Under the pieces are notes generated by a model. It was not told where the DNA came from. It ran no database searches and was given only the letters and a program-made list of their open reading frames with translations. Of a stretch of DNA of 64,000 bases, positions 1-9,931 are shown piece after piece. Positions within the stretch are counted from its first letter, which is position 1; each line of letters starts with the position of its first letter. Made by a program: the position numbers and the translations under genes. Source of the DNA: Bacteroidales bacterium (GTDB lineage: Bacteria > Bacteroidota > Bacteroidia > Bacteroidales > PUMT01); assembly GCA_007123885.1 (NCBI GenBank), contig SLGC01000207.1:1852-65851 (forward strand). Direction: 5' to 3'.

Positions 1-195
1 ACAATTGAATGGGAGTAGACAAACAGTCATAACAATTGTTAAAAGAAAAGAGAAATTCAACATTTAAACTCATTTTATCGTTTACTTTATCAACAGGCGG
101 TGATGTGTTTCACTGAAACCTCCCGTCTGATAGCACTTCCCGGATCCCGTATCCGCTTTTTGAATTTGTAATTGATATTTTAAATACATTTTTAA

Positions 196-1791
196 ATGAA
201 TAAAAATAGAATTAAATATCTGTCCACTCTTTTGATCCTGATCTTACTGGTTCAAATCAGCAGCGCCCAGGTTTTCAATGAACAATTATACAAGTTCAGC
301 AAGGCACTCGGATCCATAGAAAGTTTCTATGTTGATCCGGTCGATCAGGACAAGCTGGTTGAGCATGCAATAATTGAGATGCTCAAGGAGCTGGATCCTC
401 ATTCCGTTTATATTAACAAGGATGATGTAAAGGAGATGAATCAACCGCTCCAGGGCAATTTTGAAGGTATTGGCGTACAGTTCAATCTTCTAAACGATAC
501 TATATATATAATATCTCCCATTTCCGGAGGTCCTTCGGAAAGAGTCGGGATACAGGCAGGCGACAGGATAGTGAAAATCGACTCTGAAAAGGTTGCTGGT
601 GTTGGAATAACAAATAACCAGGTTCGTGAAAAGCTAATGGGTGAAAAGGGAACAGTTGTGACAGTGACTATCAAGCGGCGAAATGAAACTTCTCTTATTG
701 ATTTTACCATTACACGTGACAAGATCCCCATTTACAGTCTTGATGCCGCCTACATGGTAGACAATGAGACAGGTTATATCAGGCTTAACAGGTTTTCTTT
801 CACCACAGTCAAAGAATTTGAAGAAGCTCTTGGGGATCTCAGGAACCGGAAGATGAGGAATCTGATACTCGATCTGCGCGGTAATGGAGGAGGTTATCTT
901 CAGGAATCCATTACCTTGTCTGATCATTTTCTTGATGAGAACAAACTAATAGTCTATACTGAAGGCAACAATATTTCAAAAATGGACTACACTTCAACCC
1001 GGGCAGGCGAATTCAAAAACGGGCGTCTTGTGGTTTTGCTTGATGAAGGATCTGCTTCTGCCAGTGAAATTGTTGCCGGGGCTGTACAGGACTGGGACCG
1101 CGGTGTGATAGTGGGAAGAAGATCTTTTGGAAAAGGCCTGGTCCAGCGGCCGGTGAATCTTCCCGATGGTTCAATGATCCGCCTTACAGTAGCAAGATAT
1201 TATACTCCTACCGGAAGACTTATTCAAAAACCATATGATCAGGGTACCGAAGAATATGCCATGGAGGCACTCAGAAGGTTTGCCAATGGTGAATATTTCC
1301 ATCAGGATAGTATCCAGATGCATGATTCACTGAGATACCTGACCAAAATCAATAAAAGACCTGTTTATGGCGGTGGCGGCATAATGCCCGATATATTTGT
1401 CCCCTATGATACAACATCAATTACACCCTACTACCAGAGCCTTATCAGAAGGCAGGTGTTCAATACTTTTGTGTTAAGGTACCTTGATGTCAACAGGGAA
1501 CGGCTGGAAGCCCGTTATCCGGACTTTCAGAAATACAAAGAGGAGTTTGTCGCTGATGATGAAATGCTTGCCGAATTTATCAAAAAAGGTGATGAATTGG
1601 GTGTGCCCTTGAATGAGGAGGAATTCAAAGCTTCTTCTGATTTGATTAACAAGCAGATAAAAGCCTTGATAGCCAGGGACATGTGGAATATGAGTGAATA
1701 TTTTGAAATAATCAATTCCACGGATAACACTTTTTTAAAGGCAATGGAAATCATAAGTGATCGCCGCTCATATCAGTCAGTCATCCGGTAA
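196..1791 (+). CDS. S41 family C-terminal processing peptidase (Ctp/Prc-like) with PDZ domain
   Basis: 531-aa ORF. It has an N-terminal signal-like segment (LLILILLVQISSAQ), a PDZ-like stretch (GGPSERVGIQAGDRIVKID) and S41 catalytic-region motifs (DLRGNGGG, SASASEI, RRSFGKG). Confidence 0.9.
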   Translation: MNKNRIKYLSTLLILILLVQISSAQVFNEQLYKFSKALGSIESFYVDPVDQDKLVEHAIIEMLKELDPHSVYINKDDVKEMNQPLQGNFEGIGVQFNLLNDTIYIISPISGGPSERVGIQAGDRIVKIDSEKVAGVGITNNQVREKLMGEKGTVVTVTIKRRNETSLIDFTITRDKIPIYSLDAAYMVDNETGYIRLNRFSFTTVKEFEEALGDLRNRKMRNLILDLRGNGGGYLQESITLSDHFLDENKLIVYTEGNNISKMDYTSTRAGEFKNGRLVVLLDEGSASASEIVAGAVQDWDRGVIVGRRSFGKGLVQRPVNLPDGSMIRLTVARYYTPTGRLIQKPYDQGTEEYAMEALRRFANGEYFHQDSIQMHDSLRYLTKINKRPVYGGGGIMPDIFVPYDTTSITPYYQSLIRRQVFNTFVLRYLDVNRERLEARYPDFQKYKEEFVADDEMLAEFIKKGDELGVPLNEEEFKASSDLINKQIKALIARDMWNMSEYFEIINSTDNTFLKAMEIISDRRSYQSVIR

Positions 1792-1863
1792 AATTAAACT
1801 GTCTGTCTGATACCGGCACGAAACAAGCAACAAGATAAATTAAACTCGTTATCATATTAATTG

Positions 1864-1892
1864 AAACCGGATCTCCGGGGGACCGGTTTTTT
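1864..1892 (+). terminator. Rho-independent terminator downstream of the S41 peptidase gene
   Basis: The stem pairs aaaccgg with ccggttt and has an inner tcc/gga pairing. It is followed by a T-run (ttttt). Confidence 0.6.
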
Positions 1893-1983
1893 GCAATACC
1901 GACAAATAAATTACTGCATCAAAGAGGAGTCTGTGGTCAATTAATTTCATAGCAAGATGCATTAGATCAGTTATTTAATATTT

Positions 1984-2523
1984 ATGAAGATTCGCAAGGT
2001 TGTAATAACCGGTCCCGAGTCAACCGGCAAAACCCTACTTGCATCCACTCTTGCCTCCCGTTATGGCACTGTGTGGATACCCGAGTATGCACGTGAATAT
2101 ATCTGCAACCTTGGAAGAACCTATAATTACCGGGATATTGAGCATATTGCGCTCCAGCAGGTTGTAAGTGAAAAGCATTATTTTTCATTTGCAAGGAATT
2201 TCCTTTTTTACGATACTTTTCTGGTGGTTACGAAAATATGGTTCATGATCCTGTATGACCGTTATCCGCGGTGGATTGATATTGCCCTGCAGGAATCACA
2301 GATCGACCTTTTTCTTGTATGTAATACGGATATTCCGTGGATAGCCGATCCAGTCAGGGAAAACGGCGGGGAAATGCGGGAAAGGCTTCTTGATATGTAT
2401 ATAAAAGAAATTAATTCTCTCGGTATTCCCTGGGACCTTGTTACCGGAAAGGATGAAAAAAGAATTCTTTCGGCTACAGGATCCCTGGATAAACATTTTA
2501 AAGTGCAGCAGCTTGGAATTTAA
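1984..2523 (+). CDS. NadR-type AAA/P-loop ATPase (ribosylnicotinamide-kinase-like domain protein)
   Basis: 179-aa ORF with an N-terminal P-loop (GPESTGKT). Overall it resembles the C-terminal kinase domain of NadR-family proteins. Confidence 0.6.
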   Translation: MKIRKVVITGPESTGKTLLASTLASRYGTVWIPEYAREYICNLGRTYNYRDIEHIALQQVVSEKHYFSFARNFLFYDTFLVVTKIWFMILYDRYPRWIDIALQESQIDLFLVCNTDIPWIADPVRENGGEMRERLLDMYIKEINSLGIPWDLVTGKDEKRILSATGSLDKHFKVQQLGI

Positions 2524-3679
2524 CAATCTCATTACATACAAGACCGGCCTGGTGGCAAAAACGCTTCGGGGACTGGAACATATTCTTGCTTCGGAGATCC
2601 GGGATCTCGGCGGAAAAAATATCAAAACAGGTACCAGGGCGGTTTTTTTTGATGGTGACAGGGAACTTATGTACAGGACCAACTTCCAGTCCCGCACTGC
2701 ATTAAAAGTGCTGCATCCTTTCTATGAATTCTTTGCGAGAAACGAAAATGAACTCTACAGGGAAGCATACAAAATTGACTGGTCAATACTTCTTTCAAAC
2801 AACAAGACCTTCGCAATAGATAGTGTGTTGAATTCCCCTTATTTCAACCATTCCAGGTATATTGCCCTTCGTGTGAAAGATGCCATTGCCGATCAGTTCC
2901 GGGCAAAAACAGGCAAGCGACCCAGTGTAAACACCGATGATCCTGATATCAGGGTAAGCATTCATATTTCAGGGGAAAAATGCACACTGCTTCTTGATTC
3001 TTCCGGGGAGTCCCTGCATAAACGCGGATATCGTGATGCAGCAAGCAGTGCTCCGCTAAATGAAGTGCTTGCCGCCGGCATTATCATACTTTCCGGATGG
3101 GACAGAAAGATGCCCTTTATAGATCCTATGTGTGGCTCGGGAACTATACCCATTGAAGCGGCTATGATGGCATATCATATCCCACCCGGCATTTACCGAA
3201 AAAGTTTTGCATTTGAGAAATGGCCTGATTTCGATGAACTGCTTTTCAAAAAAATATATAACCAGGAACATCCTGAACCCATTGAAAGACCTTTAATTAT
3301 CGGATCCGATAAGTCCTATCAGTCAGTTGCAATATCAAAGCAAAATGCGAAAAACGCCTTCCTGGGCAAAAAAATAGAATTTAAGGTTTCTTCTTTTGAA
3401 GAAATGAACCCACCGGAAGGACCAGGGATACTGGTAACCAATCCTCCTTATGGTGAAAGAATAAAGCAGGAAAACCTCAAGGCTTTTCATTCTGTAATGG
3501 GTGATGTACTGAAAAAAAATTACCGGGAATATACAGCATGGATCCTGAGTAGTAATCTGGAAGCCCTTAAATTCACCGGACTCAGGGCTGAAAAGAAAAT
3601 CATACTTTTTAACGGACCACTTGAATGCAGGTTCGTCAAATTTTCCATTTACGGGGGATCCAGAAAGGGAAACAAATAA
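2513..3679 (+). CDS. THUMP domain-containing class I SAM-dependent RNA methyltransferase (RlmL/Trm14-like)
   Basis: A THUMP-like N-terminal region is followed by methyltransferase motif I (DPMCGSGTIPIEA) and motif IV (NPPYGER). The ORF-track ATG at 2438 would overlap the upstream gene by 86 nt. An in-frame TTG at 2513 gives a typical length of about 388 aa, but the start is uncertain. Confidence 0.8.
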   Translation: MEFNNLITYKTGLVAKTLRGLEHILASEIRDLGGKNIKTGTRAVFFDGDRELMYRTNFQSRTALKVLHPFYEFFARNENELYREAYKIDWSILLSNNKTFAIDSVLNSPYFNHSRYIALRVKDAIADQFRAKTGKRPSVNTDDPDIRVSIHISGEKCTLLLDSSGESLHKRGYRDAASSAPLNEVLAAGIIILSGWDRKMPFIDPMCGSGTIPIEAAMMAYHIPPGIYRKSFAFEKWPDFDELLFKKIYNQEHPEPIERPLIIGSDKSYQSVAISKQNAKNAFLGKKIEFKVSSFEEMNPPEGPGILVTNPPYGERIKQENLKAFHSVMGDVLKKNYREYTAWILSSNLEALKFTGLRAEKKIILFNGPLECRFVKFSIYGGSRKGNK

Positions 3680-3861
3680 CAAACAGGCTTATAGCAACAG
3701 GAATCCAGTTATTTAAAAACCGACTTCTCCTTGCCGGTGATTTTGCTTAAACACCGGGTATTTTGAAGAAGGTTTTTTAAAACTGTCATATATACCGCCG
3801 TTTGCAGAGGTTTAAATATTGCAGATTAAGAATAAATGTATATTTTTAACTCCTGTAAAAT

Positions 3862-3894
3862 TTTGTATAAGGTTTCTATATTTTATTATATTTG
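3862..3894 (+). promoter_or_regulatory. Bacteroidota-type promoter (-33 TTTG / -7 TAnnTTTG) for the SiaB/SiaC-like cassette
   Basis: TTTG lies at 3862-3865 and TATATTTG at 3887-3894, with a 21-nt spacer. The site is about 50 nt upstream of the ATG at 3943. Confidence 0.45.
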
Positions 3895-3942
3895 TCCGAC
3901 GCTACTGATTAATCAGTTTTTGGAAATAATGCACCAGCCTTT

Positions 3943-4509
3943 ATGAGCTTTAATTTACAGGAATGTTATAGACAAATGAATGAGGGCGATGTGCTTCTTG
4001 CATATAAAGGGAGCATTACCACTGAATTGATAACAAATGTTCTGGAAGTAATTGAATCCAAACTGGTAGATATAAAAACAGCCTCCGCTACCAGGAAAAA
4101 GGTATATAATGTTCTCGTAGAAAGCCTGCAAAACCTTTTTCATCATATTGATGATATTCCGGAAGAGATCAAGGATGAATTTGATGCCCGGTTCGGCATC
4201 CTTGTAATAGCTTATGAAGGTGACTATTACAGGATATCGACCGGAAATTTTATCCGTTCCCAAAAGGTACCCGAACTCAGGAAGAAAATAGACAAGATCA
4301 ATACGCTCTCCAGGGAGGAGTTGAAGGAGATGTACAAGTATGTACTAAATCATCAGAAACTGACCCCAAAGGGAGGTGGCGGACTGGGATTAATTGATAT
4401 TGCAAAAAAAACCGGGAATAAAATTAGATACAGGTTCAATCCATATAACGAAGAATATTATTTTTTCAATATGAACGTATTTGTAACCGTGGAGAAAAGA
4501 TCCCGGTAG
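3943..4509 (+). CDS. SiaB-family protein kinase-like protein (histidine-kinase-like ATPase fold)
   Basis: 188-aa ORF with a glycine-rich ATP-lid-like motif (KGGGGLGLIDIAKKTG). Its size and its position directly upstream of a DUF1987 gene match SiaB/SiaC pairs. Confidence 0.65.
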   Translation: MSFNLQECYRQMNEGDVLLAYKGSITTELITNVLEVIESKLVDIKTASATRKKVYNVLVESLQNLFHHIDDIPEEIKDEFDARFGILVIAYEGDYYRISTGNFIRSQKVPELRKKIDKINTLSREELKEMYKYVLNHQKLTPKGGGGLGLIDIAKKTGNKIRYRFNPYNEEYYFFNMNVFVTVEKRSR

Positions 4510-4531
4510 ATTATAATTTTTTCACTTAATA

Positions 4532-4915
4532 ATGGAATCTATAATAAGAGAGGGTACATCCAAAACACCCGCAATAAGATTTGATGCAAAACAGGGTCTA
4601 ATTGAAATGAAGGGGCGGTCAATTCCTGAAAATTCAACGGAATTTTTCACACCCCTTGTAGAATGGCTTGATAAATATGCCGCTGATCCGGCTGAAAGAA
4701 CCAAAGTGAATATTCATCTCGAATATTTCAATACCAGTTCTTCAAAATGCATTCTCGATATTTTCAAAAAACTGGAATCAATTTACAAAGCTAATAACGA
4801 GGTTATTGTAAACTGGTATTATGAAGAGGATGATGAAGATATGCTGGAAGCCGGTGAGGATTACGAATCGATAATCCGCATACCATTCAAGCTTATTGAA
4901 ATTGACGATCATTAG
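4532..4915 (+). CDS. DUF1987 / SiaC-family regulatory phosphoprotein-like protein
   Basis: 127-aa ORF. The N-terminus (TPAIRFDAKQGLIEMKGRSIPEN), the LEYFNTSSSK segment and the acidic C-terminus are typical of DUF1987. It starts 22 nt after the kinase-like gene. Confidence 0.7.
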   Translation: MESIIREGTSKTPAIRFDAKQGLIEMKGRSIPENSTEFFTPLVEWLDKYAADPAERTKVNIHLEYFNTSSSKCILDIFKKLESIYKANNEVIVNWYYEEDDEDMLEAGEDYESIIRIPFKLIEIDDH

Positions 4916-4937
4916 CGCCGGAATTTATGGATATGTC

Positions 4938-4963
4938 ACCGGCCTCCTTCGGCCGGTTTTTTT
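4938..4963 (+). terminator. Rho-independent terminator after the SiaC-like gene
   Basis: Perfect stem accggcc/ggccggt with loop tccttc, followed by a T7 run. Confidence 0.7.
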
Positions 4964-5343
4964 GTTTACTGTCGTCCCCGGTTTAATGTTGTAAAAGCCG
5001 GTCAGCCTGGCAGACAATAGTTGTAAACCATTTCGAAATGATCTGGTTTTTTCTATGACCGGCAGTTTCTTTGAATTACTATCCAAAGAAACCTGTCAGT
5101 CTTTGCCAGAGTATGCAAATTATTTATCAAAAACATACTATGTCAATAGCTGGCAATAATGCTTTTCAAGCCGCTGAATCATCATACGGATTAGTAACTT
5201 CAATGCAAAATATTGTGGTTGAGGATTTCTCGATTTTTTGTTGTTGTGTAATTTAAGATAAAGAAATTTGACCTAAAGGTCGATTTTCCATGCAATGCAT
5301 TGCTCAATGTTGTATTTTCAACTGATGTAAAATTCATGTTCAT

Positions 5344-6633
5344 TTGGAAACATCCATTTCATATGGCAGGATATGGAGAATTGCCTGGCCCATTATTGTT
5401 GGTGGTATAGCCCAGAATATAATCAATGTTACCGATACCGCCTTCCTGGGGCGTCTTGGGGAAATCGAGCTGGGAGCTTCAGCACTTGGCGGGATATTTT
5501 ACCTTGCCATTATTATGCTGGGTTTCGGAATGGGAATCGGTACCCAGATCCTTGTTGCCAGACTTGAAGGGCAGGACAAACCAGGGCAGATCGGCAGAAT
5601 AATGGAACATTCACTTGTTATGCTGCTGGTTATGGCCTTATTAATGTTTATGGTCATAAAATTTCTCTCCACGCAGTTTTTTGCTGCTGTAATTAGTTCA
5701 GAAAGTATCTTTAATGCAACTGTTGATTTTATCAGGTATAGATCATGGGGTGTTTTTTTTGCATTCATCAATGTGGGATTTACCTCGTTTTATGTTGGTA
5801 CTACGCGGACAGGAGTCATTGCCGGATCGACTCTGATCATGGCCGCAGTAAATGTGTTTCTCGATTATGGACTGATTTTCGGGAATTTCGGTATGCCGGC
5901 CCTTGGATTAAGAGGAGCAGCACTGGCTTCCCTGGCGGCAGAAATTACCGTTACTCTTTTTTTCGTCTTTTACACCGTATTCTTTGCCAATAAAAAGCGA
6001 TACAGGCTTTTTGAGTGGCATAAATTCGATCTGCCTGTTTTAAAGAGGATATCCGGTATATCAATACCTGTAATGCTCCAGAATTTTCTCTCGCTGTTTG
6101 CATGGTTTGTTTTTTTTGTTTTAGTTGAACGGCTGGGCGAAACAGAACTTGCAATATCAAATATTGTAAGAAGTATCTATGTAATACTTATGATACCCAT
6201 ATGGGGATTTGCTGCAGCTTCAAATACCATGGTCAGCTTCCTTATCGGAAGAAGGATAGGGGGGGAGATACTTCCAACAGTTTATAAGATAGCAGGATTA
6301 TGCTTTATCATGGTCATCCTTTTTGTGATTCCCACACTTCTCTTTCCCGGTGAAATACTCCGGATATATACCACTGATCCAATCCTCATTGATTCTTCGC
6401 TTCCGGTATTAAGAGTGGTGTCCGGTTCAGTTGTCTGTTTTGCTTTTGCAATGGTTTTTTATAATGCCGTTTCCGGGACCGGAAAAACCGGGATTGCTCT
6501 CACCATGGAGTCATTAGTCGTCGGCATCTATTTTCTTGTTGCGTGGCTGCTTGCAATAGAGCTTAGGATGCCGGTAGCTGTTGTATGGACCGTTGAATTT
6601 CTTTATGCCCTGGGATTATTTGTTCTCTCCTGA
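5344..6633 (+). CDS. MATE family efflux transporter
   Basis: 429-aa polytopic membrane ORF with an apparent TTG start. The N-terminal WRIAWPIIVGGIAQNIINVTDTAFLGRLG and the repeated hydrophobic helices are typical of MATE/NorM-like proteins. Confidence 0.85.
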   Translation: METSISYGRIWRIAWPIIVGGIAQNIINVTDTAFLGRLGEIELGASALGGIFYLAIIMLGFGMGIGTQILVARLEGQDKPGQIGRIMEHSLVMLLVMALLMFMVIKFLSTQFFAAVISSESIFNATVDFIRYRSWGVFFAFINVGFTSFYVGTTRTGVIAGSTLIMAAVNVFLDYGLIFGNFGMPALGLRGAALASLAAEITVTLFFVFYTVFFANKKRYRLFEWHKFDLPVLKRISGISIPVMLQNFLSLFAWFVFFVLVERLGETELAISNIVRSIYVILMIPIWGFAAASNTMVSFLIGRRIGGEILPTVYKIAGLCFIMVILFVIPTLLFPGEILRIYTTDPILIDSSLPVLRVVSGSVVCFAFAMVFYNAVSGTGKTGIALTMESLVVGIYFLVAWLLAIELRMPVAVVWTVEFLYALGLFVLS

Positions 6634-6980
6634 CTGTACCTCAAATATGGCAAATGGCAGGAGGATGCAGAAACTTTTTAAGCCTGACGACAAAATGACA
6701 CCATGATTTGCTTGCAACTGACAAAAAGGCATATATTTATTATTTCAACCATTTGGCAGCTCTTTTGTTGAATGAAGAGTCTGTATCAGAGAAAAATTAC
6801 ATGAGTCCGTTCTCCAGAGTTTGAAGGCTGGAAGTATGAAAGTGGAGTTACTGGAATTATATACGACAGAACAAACCTGGAGGTTTACCTTGAAACCGGA
6901 TAGCGGAACCAGGGTTTAAAAAGGTTTCAGATTAAAGTTGTTACTGTCTTGAAAAAAACAGCATAATAAATCATACGGAT

Positions 6981-9575
6981 ATGAATCTGAATAATTTTAC
7001 CATAAAATCGCAGGAAGTAATTCATCAGGCTTTTTCTATTGCAGCCGGATACGGGCACCAGGGAGTTGAAACCGGTCATATAATGAAGTCTCTGCTGAAT
7101 GTGGATGAGCATGTTACAGGATTTATACTGAAAAAGCTTAACGTTAATACACAAAATCTTGCCAGGGTTCTGGACAGTATAATAGAGTCCTATCCAAAAG
7201 TCTCGGGCGGAAGCCAGTATCTTTCCTCCTCGGCCTCTGCTGCCTTGCAAAAAGCACTGGAAAGTTCCAAAGATGCAGGTGATGAATTTGTCTCCATCGA
7301 GCACCTGCTGATGGGTCTGTTTATGACGGGCGACCAGGTTTCGCAAATGCTCAAGGACAGTGGAGTAACATCAACAGATCTGAAAAAAGCTATATCTGAA
7401 TTGCGGAAAGGAGCTAAAGTAACCAGCCAGTCAGCCGAAGATACCCTTGATGCACTCAACAGGTTTGCCATCAATCTGAATGAAATGGCCCGTGAAGGTA
7501 AATTGGATCCGGTAATCGGCAGAGATGATGAGATCAGGCGTATCCTGCAGATACTGTCGCGGCGGACCAAAAATAATCCGATACTCATAGGTGAGCCTGG
7601 TGTAGGCAAAACTGCCATTGCAGAAGGACTTGCCCAGCGGATTGTCAATGGCGATGTTCCTGATAACCTGAAATCGAAGCAGGTCTTCTCATTGGATATG
7701 GGAGCACTGATTGCAGGTGCAAAGTACAAGGGGGAATTTGAAGAACGCCTGAAGGCTGTGGTAAGAGAGGTGGTTAATTCTCGGGGCGAGATAGTGATGT
7801 TCATCGATGAGATACATACCCTGGTGGGAGCAGGAAAAAGCGAAGGAGCAATGGATGCCGCAAATATCCTGAAGCCTGCCCTTGCCCGTGGCGAATTAAG
7901 GGCTATCGGGGCAACAACCCTTAACGAATACCAGAAGTATTTTGAGAAAGACAAGGCACTGGAACGAAGATTCCAGATAGTAATGGTTGACGAACCGGAT
8001 GTAATGAGCGGGATATCCATTCTCAGGGGACTTAAGGAACGGTATGAGACTCATCACAAGGTAAGGATAAAGGATGATGCAATTATTGCTGCCGTGGAGC
8101 TTTCAAACCGTTATATAACCGAGCGGCACTTGCCCGATAAGGCAATAGATCTTATTGATGAGGCCGCTTCCAAGCTGAGGCTGGAAATGAACTCTGTTCC
8201 CGAAAGCATAGATGAAATTGAGAGAAAGATCAAGCAGCTGGAAATTGAGCGTGAGGCCATAAAAAGGGAAGGAGACAGGAAAAAGGAAGGTGAATTGTCT
8301 GAAGAACTTGCCAATCTTAACGAGGAAAAGAACGGGCTCAGGGCAAGATGGGACAATGAACGGAATATTATCAGCAGGATACAGAAACACAAGGAGTCTA
8401 TAGAAAACATGAAACTCGAAGCCGGGCAGGCTGAAAGACAGGGTGATTACGGCAAGGTGGCCGAGTTGCGATACGGAAGGATAAAAGAAGCTGAATCTGA
8501 AATCCAGGAACTCCAGCAGGAACTCGATAATGTAAAGGTGAAGGGAGAGGGGTCCATGATCCGGGAGGAAATAGATTCGGAAGATATAGCCGAAATTGTA
8601 TCGCGGTGGACCGGCATACCGGTCAGCAGGATGCTTCAGAGCGAACGGGACAAGCTGCTCTCACTGGAGGCTGAGCTTCACAAACGGGTTGTCGGACAGG
8701 ATGAAGCATTACAGGCTGTTTCGGATGCAGTAAGGAGAAGCAGGGCAGGCCTGCAGGATGTAAAGCGTCCCATAGGATCCTTTATCTTTCTCGGGACAAC
8801 AGGAGTTGGTAAAACTGAACTTGCCAGGGCACTTGCTGAATTCCTGTTTGACGATGAAAATCTTATGACAAGGATTGACATGTCTGAATACCAGGAAAGG
8901 CATTCTGTATCGAGGCTGATAGGTGCACCCCCCGGTTATGTCGGATATGAAGAAGGGGGGCAGCTGACAGAAGCGGTAAGAAGGAAGCCCTATTCGGTCA
9001 TTCTGCTTGATGAGATCGAGAAGGCACATCCCGATGTATTCAACATACTGCTGCAGGTGCTTGATGACGGGCGGCTGACCGATAATAAGGGACGCACAGT
9101 CAACTTGCGCAATACAATTATTATAATGACTTCCAATGTGGGGTCACACATAATCCAGGACAATTTTGACAGGCTAAACGGGATGAATCGTGAACAGATG
9201 TTTGAAAAATCCAGGAAAGAGGTAATGGATCTGCTGAGGAAAACCATCAGGCCCGAGTTTTTGAACCGGATTGATGATATAATTATGTTCAAGCCACTTA
9301 CAGAGGAAGAGGTAAAACAAATCGTAAGGCTTCAGTTTGGACAGGTTAAAAAGTTGCTTGAATCAAACCAGGTCACTGTTGAAATAACAGAGCAGGCTAT
9401 TGATCTTCTGACAAAACTGGGTTTTGATCCCCAATACGGAGCCAGGCCTGTAAAAAGGATTATGCAGAAATATATGCTTAATGAATTGTCGCGAGAGATC
9501 CTGGCCGGAAAATTGGATAAGGAAAAAATTCTGAAGATTGATGCAAAAGAGGGTGAGCTGATTTTCAGTAATTAA
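6981..9575 (+). CDS. clpB: ATP-dependent chaperone ClpB
   Basis: 864 aa with a Clp N-domain, two AAA+ modules (Walker A GEPGVGKT and GTTGVGKT) and a long coiled-coil middle domain between them. Confidence 0.97.
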   Translation: MNLNNFTIKSQEVIHQAFSIAAGYGHQGVETGHIMKSLLNVDEHVTGFILKKLNVNTQNLARVLDSIIESYPKVSGGSQYLSSSASAALQKALESSKDAGDEFVSIEHLLMGLFMTGDQVSQMLKDSGVTSTDLKKAISELRKGAKVTSQSAEDTLDALNRFAINLNEMAREGKLDPVIGRDDEIRRILQILSRRTKNNPILIGEPGVGKTAIAEGLAQRIVNGDVPDNLKSKQVFSLDMGALIAGAKYKGEFEERLKAVVREVVNSRGEIVMFIDEIHTLVGAGKSEGAMDAANILKPALARGELRAIGATTLNEYQKYFEKDKALERRFQIVMVDEPDVMSGISILRGLKERYETHHKVRIKDDAIIAAVELSNRYITERHLPDKAIDLIDEAASKLRLEMNSVPESIDEIERKIKQLEIEREAIKREGDRKKEGELSEELANLNEEKNGLRARWDNERNIISRIQKHKESIENMKLEAGQAERQGDYGKVAELRYGRIKEAESEIQELQQELDNVKVKGEGSMIREEIDSEDIAEIVSRWTGIPVSRMLQSERDKLLSLEAELHKRVVGQDEALQAVSDAVRRSRAGLQDVKRPIGSFIFLGTTGVGKTELARALAEFLFDDENLMTRIDMSEYQERHSVSRLIGAPPGYVGYEEGGQLTEAVRRKPYSVILLDEIEKAHPDVFNILLQVLDDGRLTDNKGRTVNLRNTIIIMTSNVGSHIIQDNFDRLNGMNREQMFEKSRKEVMDLLRKTIRPEFLNRIDDIIMFKPLTEEEVKQIVRLQFGQVKKLLESNQVTVEITEQAIDLLTKLGFDPQYGARPVKRIMQKYMLNELSREILAGKLDKEKILKIDAKEGELIFSN

Positions 9576-9616
9576 ACCGGCAGCCGGCCGGGGTGACCAG
9601 CTGGCCGTCCTCATAA

Positions 9617-9914
9617 CACGGATAGCTTGCTCCCAAAGACACGGATAGCTTCCTCCCAAAGACACGGATAGCTTGCTCCCAAAGACACGGATAGCTTCCT
9701 CCCAAAGACACGGATAGCTTGCTCCCAAAGACACGGATAGCTTGCTCCCAAAGACACGGATAGCTTGCTCCCAAAGACACGGATAGCTTCCTCCCAAAGA
9801 CACGGATAGCTTCCTCCCAAAGACACGGATAGCTTGCTCTCAAAGACACGGATAGCTTGTCCCCAAAACCCGGACAGTTTCCTCTCAAAGATGGGGATAG
9901 CTTGCCCTCAAAAA
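9617..9914. repeat. Head-to-tail tandem array of a 23-bp unit CACGGATAGCTT[G/C]CTCCCAAAGA (about 13 copies, degenerating toward 9938)
   Basis: Counted directly. Ten near-perfect units span 9617-9846 and differ at unit position 13 in the order G C G C G G G C C G (the tenth also has a C-to-T change). Three progressively decayed units follow. One decayed unit also precedes the array (about 9592-9616). Confidence 0.95.
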
Positions 9915-9931
9915 GCCGGGATAGTCCACTT

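Noticed and set aside
2438-2512. N-terminal extension of the THUMP methyltransferase ORF overlapping the upstream gene by 86 nt. Analogous upstream extensions occur for ftsE (45903-45989), rpoD (62910-62987), the large protein (30734-30772) and the desaturase (39613-39639).
   Set aside because: The extensions add non-conserved or hydrophobic leaders, or create long overlaps. Internal starts give N-termini typical of each family. The exact starts remain unverified.
5071-5256. 61-aa ORF ending in FCCCVI upstream of the MATE exporter, considered as a possible exported Cys-rich peptide precursor.
   Set aside because: It has a TTG start embedded in a 9-bp hairpin (gtttctttg...caaagaaac). There are no adjacent modification enzymes and no recognisable leader or core architecture. 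It is most likely a chance ORF in an AT-rich spacer.
5292-5303. 12-bp perfect palindrome GCAATGCATTGC, 40 nt upstream of the MATE start codon.
   Set aside because: It could be an operator, but it is short, there is no nearby regulator gene, and no second copy was seen. On its own it is too weak to report as a finding.
6897-6904. The 8-mer cggatagc upstream of clpB is identical to part of the 23-bp repeat unit downstream of clpB.
   Set aside because: A single 8-mer match is expected by chance about twice in 64 kb on two strands, and the flanking bases do not match the unit.
6889-6975. Two CTTGAAA strings upstream of clpB that resemble the sigma-32 -35 element.
   Set aside because: No CCCCATnT-like -10 element lies at the proper spacing. 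Bacteroidota promoters follow a different consensus, so this is insufficient evidence for a heat-shock promoter call.
7190-8020. 276-aa ORF antisense to clpB. Similar long antisense ORFs lie inside hflK (19808-20314), gyrB (52165-52808) and the large 26291-30733 gene.
   Set aside because: These are shadow ORFs lying entirely inside genes with strong motif support on the other strand. Their composition is low-complexity and Ser/Pro/Arg-rich, as is typical of antisense frames.
9363-9888. Three overlapping minus-strand ORFs (146, 107 and 71 aa) with repetitive SYPCLWE[EQ]AIRVFG[SR]KLSVSLG[AG] sequence.
   Set aside because: They are artefacts of the 23-bp tandem repeat, whose unit happens to lack stop codons in all three minus-strand frames. 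All three frames cannot be coding, the period is not a multiple of 3, and one ORF continues antisense into clpB.
9617-9914. Possible CRISPR array or plasmid-type iteron origin.
   Set aside because: The units are strictly contiguous with no spacers and have no internal dyad, so this is not a CRISPR array, and I see no cas genes. An iteron origin is unlikely because there is no rep or par gene and no AT-rich unwinding element nearby, and the context is core chromosomal (clpB, gcvT). A binding-site array remains possible and is reported as a finding.
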